From: Dimargaris cristalligena
Lineage: Eukaryota
NCBI GenBank assembly: GCA_003614675.1
Contig: ML002218.1
Location: 1-64,000, forward strand
Length of the DNA stretch: 64,000 nucleotides
Direction: 5' to 3'
Shown: positions 57,276 through 64,000 of the stretch, piece after piece
Layout of the letters: every line of letters starts with the position of its first letter
Numbering within the stretch: the first letter of the stretch is position 1
Position numbers and translations under genes: made by a program
Notes under the pieces: generated by a model
What the model was told of the DNA's origin: nothing
Seen by the model: the letters and a program-made list of their open reading frames with translations, nothing else
Databases searched by the model: none

Positions 57276-58636
57276 GGGTATTTTAGTGGTGGACAGGGTC
57301 TTCTCAGGTGAAGAGGGCGCGGGGAAATACCTCGACCTTCACGAACTCTTCGATAAGTACATCAACCTTAAGGACGTCCCTAAACTCGACTACCTCACCT
57401 ATATAAGCGAAATGGACCACTTCGCCACTATCCCGCGGTCGCATAAGAAGCAGGCCTACCGGGACTACCTCGCCGCCCTGAACGAGTACCTGCATAACTA
57501 CTTCGCCCGGGCCATGCCCCTCTTCGACGTGGCGGCATTCACAAAGGAGGCCGAGGCCGATTTCGCCACCCGGTGGGAGCGGGACCAGATCCCCGGCTGG
57601 ACATCCGATCAGAGTGACCCGGCCCACGCCGCGACTGCTGGGAACGGAGAGGGTGAAGGTAACGGGGAGGGGGAGGAGACTTCGCTCGACCTACGGGCCA
57701 CTGCTCACCTCTATTGCCTACCCTGTCACAAACAGTACGCGAAACAGACGGTGTTCGACGCCCACTTGAAGAGTCGCAAACACGCCAAGGCCGTCCAAAC
57801 GTTTGCCGCACAGAAATCCATCACCCCCGCCGCCGCCGCGGCTGCCGTGGCGACCGATCGGGTGGACCCGGCCGAGATTCGCCGGGCGCAACGGGCTTCT
57901 GAACAGGAACAGCGCACCAAGGACCGGGCGGTGGCTTGGTTGGAAACGCTCATCACGAAGGCTTTGGAAGTCCTCAGTGAAAAACGGGAGGATACGCGGG
58001 CTAATATTGAACGCAAACAGGCCCTTACTGAAGAGGAACGCAACGTAAGTTTCCTTTTATTCACTAATGCATCCATTTAAATTTATAAATACACACACAC
58101 ACACATATATATATATATACCTAATTTATACGTTTTGGTATTCGATTCTATTCGGTTTCCCACCCACCCGCCCATCCCTACCGAACCAGGCCGAGTTCCA
58201 GGAAGACGACATCGACGTGGACCAATACGAGTCCGACGAGGAGGACCAAATCTACAACCCTTTGAAGCTACCCCTGGGCTGGGACGGCAAACCCATCCCG
58301 TACTGGCTCTATAAGCTGCACGGCCTGGGGGTGAATTACACCTGCGAGATTTGCGGCAATTACGTTTACCGGGGCCGTAAGGCGTTTGATAAACATTTCG
58401 CCGAATGGCGGCACGCCCATGGCCTACGGTGTTTGGGTATCACTTCCCCCGCCCATATGCGTCAATTCGCGGGTATTACCCATATTGAAGAGGCCACCGA
58501 CCTGCGTGATCGGATCAAGGCGGACCGGAAAGTGGAGTCGACCCAGGTGGAACTCATGGAGGAATTCGAAGATAATGAGGGGAATGGGTATAATAAGAAA
58601 ACGTTTGAAGATCTTAAGCGACAGGGTCTATTGTAA
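56435..58636 (+). CDS. PRP9: Splicing factor 3A subunit 3 (Prp9/SF3a60); exons 56435-56530, 56797-57079, 57287-58044, 58190-58636
   Basis: METLLEQQRHQHEEIERIE, FSGEEGAGKYLDL, a C2H2 finger (LYCLPCHKQYAKQTVFDAHLKSRKH), YNPLKLPLGWDGKPIPYWLYKLHGL, CEICGNYVYRGRKAF and EDLKRQGLL. The GT-AG introns have consistent phases. Confidence 0.96.
57243..57274 (+). repeat. (TAT)n microsatellite in PRP9 intron 2
   Basis: About 10 TAT units just upstream of the acceptor. Similar simple repeats: (TAA)n ~6561-6579, (AAT)n ~47199-47223, (CT)n ~37887-37910 and ~53271-53294, and many (TA)n tracts. Confidence 0.9.
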
Positions 58637-59547
58637 TGAATGTGTGACATCAGGGTCCCCCTTTTTAGAAGATACCTGGCTTGGGGAGAGTATATACCAG
58701 AATGATAGTCATATTGTTTCGCTGGTCTTTTTAATACTCACCTCACAATGCCTATTCCAGATAGTTCGTTTGCTGCCCTTCAATGCAGCGTATTATCCGA
58801 TTCTATTGCCGTCATTTCATGTTTATTATAATTAAATTAAACTGTCAAATTAAAGTACCGAGTAGTCGGAAACGTACTAAGAGTAAATACACTAAAGCGA
58901 ATGAATACATATCGGTATGTATGTGTGTAGGGGGGGGGGGTCGAAGGAACGTCCCGGATTGCTGACATATACACTTGGGTTTGTGGATAAATAATAAACG
59001 GATTTATAATACTTGGTAGCGTGCCCCACTCACTGGTGGTGTATATATTTATACTTGCGCGGAAAATTTAGGAAGACCATCTAGTGTGGCCGTGGAATAC
59101 TATAATGTAGGAATGGTTGGGAAACTAATCGCAAACTACGGCGGTTTGGTCCTCTTTAAAATAAATAAACGGGCGGCGCAATAGGGCGGTACATAATGGG
59201 GGGTCGGTTGATGGATCGCTTATAAATATTATACCGATTTTTTTTAAAAATGTATTATAATTTACGGATGAGGAAAACCTCCCCCAAGAAAACATATTAG
59301 TAAAATGGGAAGGGGAGGGGGTGGGCAACTAAAGCAACTCAATCAATTGACGATTCTTTAAATAAATACGAAGTTACAAGCCAACGCGACCGAACAATAA
59401 TAAGATAATAAATGAATAGAGAAAAAACCACTCCGACAACAACAACCAATGTACTAAAGTGTTATCACTATTGGCCACCATCTATTATTATAACTACATA
59501 GACTAGAGATGGTAAGTTCATATAATGGGTGGTATTATATATATATT

Positions 59548-62500
59548 CTAGTAGTGGTAGGAGGGTTTCTTAGTGGGCGAATAGTCTACTACTTCGCCCT
59601 CTAATTTCCGTTTCGCGCTAGCATGGTGGTGGTGGGAAGCCGGGGGTAGGGGGGCCGAACCCTTGCCGCCACCGGTCCCGCTGGTGGTATGCCGGGCCGA
59701 TTCGTTTTTCGAGGGGGCACGGGTTCCCGCGGCCCGTTTAGCATCCCGCGAACGTTGGTAACCGGTTGGCGGGTGTTCGACCATCATGGACGAGGTCGAA
59801 GCCGAACGACCGGTGGAGAGGGCCGGGGGAAGGGGTGGCGCGGCGTACAGGCCTTTATTGCCGTACACGGGGGGCGTGGAAGCCCGAGACGATGTCGCGG
59901 ATGACGCACGATCATGATCATGGGTGGAGGCCGGGTCGCTACCGGTGTGGTAGGTGGGGGGGTACCCCTGCGGGAATTTGCCTCCCGTATGCTGCTGGGC
60001 CCGCGAGCGGGTGGGGTGGTGGTCGTCGTCAACATCGGGGTAGTGGTGGTTACCGCTATCATCGTCTTCATCCGAAAGGCCGTAGAGCGGTGACGAGCTC
60101 CGGCCATCGGTAGGGGTTCGGGAATAGGGTGCCGCGCCTGGGTGTTTACCGCCGTACTGGGAACGCGAGGCAGCTGTTTTGCTAATCGGGGAGGTGTTAT
60201 TGGCACTTACCCGGGGGTTAGGTCCCAGTTTAAGGGTTAGTTTGATACCCGACGGACTAGCAGCAGCGGCCATGGCGGCCGCTGCTGCAATTTGTGAGGC
60301 CGGTGGTGGTGGTTGGGACGGAGCCGCGCGCGAGCCGTTGGGTCGGTTCTGGGTGGAACGCCGACGCCGCATGGTACTAATACTTTCGTCCATGGCGATC
60401 GGGTGTTTGCGCATATACCGCTTGGCCAATTTGCACAAGTAGTCTAGGCGTCGAACGGTGATGGCTTCACGCATCATCGGAGCGCCAACCAATAAATTAT
60501 TACCGTTAGCACCGCGATTCTCATCGAGGCCACCCCCATCATCATCATCGTCATTGATAGCGACCCCCGCGTCATCATCGGCCCCCTCCAGTTCGGAACC
60601 GGGGTCTTCTTGATCCGTCATCACGGCGGATATGCCCTCTTCACCGTGGGGATCACCTCCCCCGTTTCCGAAATTGGGGTCGGTTGGGTCGGAACCGGAG
60701 CCCGCCGCGCGTTTCTTATTGAATACCTGGAAAAAGGGTAAGTCGGGATTTTCCCGGAGGAGGTCGTCCCGTGCGATACCGTACTGCACGACACCTTGCA
60801 TCAGGCCAATATCGTGGGCGGGACACCGCCACCATTTCGGCAGGTAATTGAACCAGCGCGACGGTTGTAAAGCCTGGGCCAAGTCGGGGTACTGAACGCA
60901 GTCCCGAACCTCGTTCATTAGCAGGAGGCGGCGAAGTAACCGACGGGCCTTTTCGCGAGTCAACATATGGTCGTCGTACATGTGTTCCACAGCCGCCGCC
61001 GTGGTACTGTCGGCCGCTTCTTCCTCGGGGGAAAGTACGCCCATGGACTTGAAATTAACGCCCGGGAGAAGTTCATGGAAATCGGTCGCTTCACCCACCA
61101 CATCGGCGCAGCGTAGGAGAAGGGCGCGCAGGCATACTTCCATCGAGAAATCGTTCTTGCGGGTTAGGCCGGACAGGTCGCGGAAGGTATCCCAAACGAT
61201 GCGGACGGGGAAATCTTCGGTCATTTCCACACCGAACGAAAACAGGGTCTTGTAGAAGTCGTTTTGCTCCCGTTTATTCCATTTGGCTACCGTACGATCG
61301 CGGGCGAAGTTCGAATGCGCCGGTGTTGTTACCGCTGACGCTGACGACGCCGGGTGAGCCGAGAGTGGAGGAGCCGGGTGGAACAGGTGTTTACCTCCCT
61401 GGGTGGCCCGTCCGGTATGTGATGACGCGGACGATTGGTCAAAGGGGGACCGAGTGGGGGTGAGAAGGGCCGACGAGTCCCCGCCGCCGTAGGGAGAATC
61501 ACCACGGGCGGTCGAAATGCGGTCCCCGCGCCGACTACGCTGTTTAGTGTCCGCGGTCTGTCTTCTTTGGATGGCCCCGATAATACGACGGAGCCGAAGG
61601 CCAATCTCGGCCTTGGTGGGCCACATAAGGGCCCCGTCACCGGCGTTGGTGGATGGCGTGGCACCACGTGGGGTACCCGCGCCCGAACGCGACCGGTCCA
61701 TCTTAGGTGTAGCCACTCCGCCACCGCCGCCCGCCACGTCGTCGTCGTCCTGCACAGGCGCGTTGGCGAAATTGAAGCGGTGGAAATGAAGTTCTGGGTC
61801 GGTCAACAAGCGGTGGTACTGCTGGTAACCGTACTTATAAATGCCCAACAGCAAGTCGCGATCCTCGCCCGTACCCCACCAGTCGGCCGGTTGACTACCG
61901 GTTATTTTGGGGATAATCATCCGTTTGGCCTCCATCCAATCAGCGGGTACAATCTTATCGCGGATAATGTACATGAGTTGGATGCGGAGGAGCAGATTTC
62001 GGCCCTTCTTTTTCATATGGTCCAGGTAGTCAGGGGAGGAGTCGATGAGGAACGACCGGTACTCGGTGATCTGCCGCTTATTGGCATTGGGGTAGGGTAT
62101 TTGGCGAATGTTCTTTAGCCCGGAAACTAGTTCCGCGTCGGTAATGGGGTCTCCAGCGGCCTCTGTGATGGCCTTGATGTCCCGCAACAATTCCTGGTCC
62201 TCGCTGTTCTTAATATCCGCCAGCTGTAGAGCATAAATCACCATGCACCGCACAATGGCGTGCAAATCGGCCTGCTGACGGCGGGGCAAGTAGGCCGCCA
62301 ATTCGTCCCATTTGCCGTAGCCCCATATCATAATCTTACGTTCCAGCCGGGTCTTTTCGGCCTGGGTCCATGGCTTCACTTGGTTGGTACGGCGCTTGCC
62401 ATACTCGGCATCGTCTTCCGAATCCGAGTTGGACGCCGACGGGGGGTTGCTGCGCGGGTTTTCGTTGTAACGCATAGCGGCGCGTCGTTGCCGGGGTTCC

Positions 62501-64000
62501 TGGATGATCAATGGGTTGGCCATAACCCCCTCGTCCAATTTCACGTCGGCCTTCTTGGCCCATTTGTCCCAAAACTCCGGATCGTTAATATCTACGTCAT
62601 CTTCGTTGCTGGCAGTCGTGAAACTGGCCTTGGAGAAAATCGACCCCGGTTCGTTGTTATCGTGCTTAATGATGGTGGTACGACGCTCCAAAATCTGATC
62701 AATGTCTTCGTCGCAGAACTTGGAGCTGGCCCCGTCATCGTCCATGAGGGCCCCGTAGGCCCCCTTCTTGAGGAGCTCCTCCACCTCCTTTTTACTCAGG
62801 GCGGAGGAAGGCCCTCGGCCGCTGTCGGCCAAATCACCCGTGCCCGAGCGTAAGGCGGACTGTACGTCCATTTTCTGGAGCACCGCCTTATCGAGTCCCA
62901 GTTTCATACCGGCCCGATCAAACATTTCCTTCTCGTAGGTGTTGCGCGTGAGCAGGCGGTAAATCTTGACGGGTTTAGTTTGCCCGATACGATGGCAACG
63001 GGCCTGGGCCTGGAGATCGTTCTGTGGATTCCAGTCGCTGTCGTAAATAACGCACGTGTCAGCTGCCGTTAAGTTAATCCCCACCCCACCCGCCCGGGTA
63101 CATAGTAGGAATACGAACGAATTGGGGTCCGTGGAGAAGCGATCAATGGCCGCCTGCCGAAGTTCACCCTTGATAGAGCCATCGATACGTTCGTAGCCGT
63201 ACCGGCGGGCCGTGAGGTAGTCGGCGAGCACGTCGAGGCAGCGGGTCATCTGGGAGAAGATGAGCACCTTGTGGTTCCCTTCCTTGAGCTTACGTAGCAG
63301 TTTGTCAATCAGGACCAGTTTTCCCGATGATTCAATCATCATGTTGAGGTACGCCTCGGTAGTTTGCGGTTGCACCTCCTTGGCGATACGTTCCTCCGCC
63401 CCGGTGATTAGGAAGGGGTGCATACAGCACTTGCGGAGTTCCACCACAATGTTCATCAGTGAAGGGCCCGCACCCGATCCTTTGGCCCCATTCTTGAGCC
63501 AAGTGAAGTTCTTCTCCAGAATGGCGCGGTAGAATTTCTTTTGGTAGGCGGTGAGTTCCACCTCCACGACCGTTTCCTCCTTCACCGGGATACTCTTCTC
63601 GACGTCCTCTTTGAACCGACGCAGCATGAGGGGTTTAAGGAGGGCCTGGATCCGGTCGACTTCCTCTTTGGACTTGAGCGAGCCGTAGTCGGTTAGGAAG
63701 GCGGCCTCGTCGTCGAACCGGTCGGGCTGGAGGAAATTCAGCAAACTGAACAGCTCGTGCATCGAGTTTTGCAGGGGGGTTCCGGTCAATAGGAGGCGGT
63801 GCTCAAATGAGTAGTCATTCAAGAATTCCAGGACTTTGGAGGCCTTGTTCTTGAGTCGATGGGCTTCGTCGAATACGCCCGCCCGCCACGGGATTGACTT
63901 GAGGTGGCCCGCTCCGGCTGAAATCATTTCGTACGTTGTGATAATGACGTCGAATTTGTAGTAGTGCGGAATCACCCGTCCCTGAGGGTCCTTAAAGTAA
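59548..64000 (-). CDS. CHD class III (CHD6-9/Kismet-like) chromatin remodeller, 5'-truncated by the window edge
   Basis: The frame stays open to the edge (YFKDPQGRVIPHYYKFDVIITTYEMI). DEAHRLKN and LLCTRAGGVGINLTAADT..DSDWNPQNDLQAQARCHRIGQ are present. The post-ATPase block KLGLDKAVLQ..LSKKEVEELLKKGAYGALMDDD..SKFCDEDIDQIL..FSKASF..DPEFWDKWAKKA is characteristic of CHD7/8/Kismet. SANT/SLIDE-like WWGTGEDRDLLLGIYKYGY. Confidence 0.92.
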   Translation of the reverse strand, partial: YFKDPQGRVIPHYYKFDVIITTYEMISAGAGHLKSIPWRAGVFDEAHRLKNKASKVLEFLNDYSFEHRLLLTGTPLQNSMHELFSLLNFLQPDRFDDEAAFLTDYGSLKSKEEVDRIQALLKPLMLRRFKEDVEKSIPVKEETVVEVELTAYQKKFYRAILEKNFTWLKNGAKGSGAGPSLMNIVVELRKCCMHPFLITGAEERIAKEVQPQTTEAYLNMMIESSGKLVLIDKLLRKLKEGNHKVLIFSQMTRCLDVLADYLTARRYGYERIDGSIKGELRQAAIDRFSTDPNSFVFLLCTRAGGVGINLTAADTCVIYDSDWNPQNDLQAQARCHRIGQTKPVKIYRLLTRNTYEKEMFDRAGMKLGLDKAVLQKMDVQSALRSGTGDLADSGRGPSSALSKKEVEELLKKGAYGALMDDDGASSKFCDEDIDQILERRTTIIKHDNNEPGSIFSKASFTTASNEDDVDINDPEFWDKWAKKADVKLDEGVMANPLIIQEPRQRRAAMRYNENPRSNPPSASNSDSEDDAEYGKRRTNQVKPWTQAEKTRLERKIMIWGYGKWDELAAYLPRRQQADLHAIVRCMVIYALQLADIKNSEDQELLRDIKAITEAAGDPITDAELVSGLKNIRQIPYPNANKRQITEYRSFLIDSSPDYLDHMKKKGRNLLLRIQLMYIIRDKIVPADWMEAKRMIIPKITGSQPADWWGTGEDRDLLLGIYKYGYQQYHRLLTDPELHFHRFNFANAPVQDDDDVAGGGGGVATPKMDRSRSGAGTPRGATPSTNAGDGALMWPTKAEIGLRLRRIIGAIQRRQTADTKQRSRRGDRISTARGDSPYGGGDSSALLTPTRSPFDQSSASSHTGRATQGGKHLFHPAPPLSAHPASSASAVTTPAHSNFARDRTVAKWNKREQNDFYKTLFSFGVEMTEDFPVRIVWDTFRDLSGLTRKNDFSMEVCLRALLLRCADVVGEATDFHELLPGVNFKSMGVLSPEEEAADSTTAAAVEHMYDDHMLTREKARRLLRRLLLMNEVRDCVQYPDLAQALQPSRWFNYLPKWWRCPAHDIGLMQGVVQYGIARDDLLRENPDLPFFQVFNKKRAAGSGSDPTDPNFGNGGGDPHGEEGISAVMTDQEDPGSELEGADDDAGVAINDDDDDGGGLDENRGANGNNLLVGAPMMREAITVRRLDYLCKLAKRYMRKHPIAMDESISTMRRRRSTQNRPNGSRAAPSQPPPPASQIAAAAAMAAAASPSGIKLTLKLGPNPRVSANNTSPISKTAASRSQYGGKHPGAAPYSRTPTDGRSSSPLYGLSDEDDDSGNHHYPDVDDDHHPTRSRAQQHTGGKFPQGYPPTYHTGSDPASTHDHDRASSATSSRASTPPVYGNKGLYAAPPLPPALSTGRSASTSSMMVEHPPTGYQRSRDAKRAAGTRAPSKNESARHTTSGTGGGKGSAPLPPASHHHHASAKRKLEGEVVDYSPTKKPSYHY

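Noticed and set aside
6881..64000. Apparent clustering of chromatin/DNA-repair genes (INO80, FANCE, TOS4, CHD) and of mitochondrial genes
   Set aside because: They are interspersed with unrelated genes and I see no shared regulatory signature. Both categories are large, so co-occurrence is plausibly chance.

Overview
Eukaryotic (fungal) genomic DNA with GT-AG introns and many intronless genes. Animal-like genes missing from yeasts (FANCE, a CHD7/8/Kismet-class remodeller, an ACAA2-type thiolase) sit beside fungal genes (mL60/MRPL31, Tos4/Plm2). This points to an early-diverging, non-Dikarya fungus; Zoopagomycota is my guess, not shown by the sequence. Conserved genes: thiolase, INO80, FANCE, MRPL31, citrate synthase, a lysophospholipid acyltransferase, a 9-exon MEI2-like RRM gene missed by the ORF track, a class I cyclic-nucleotide phosphodiesterase, TOS4, PRP9/SF3A3 and a partial CHD7-like gene. 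Between them is an accessory layer: three unrelated secreted orphan proteins (signal peptide plus F-box; a ~50% Lys/Arg polycationic protein; a low-complexity protein with two Kex2-site-led repeats), an orphan gene with a tandem pseudogene copy, and a ~140-bp TA-flanked MITE family with at least 6 copies. The secreted F-box and polycationic proteins are the best candidates for an undescribed effector-like system. All family calls come from motif recognition; no database search was run.
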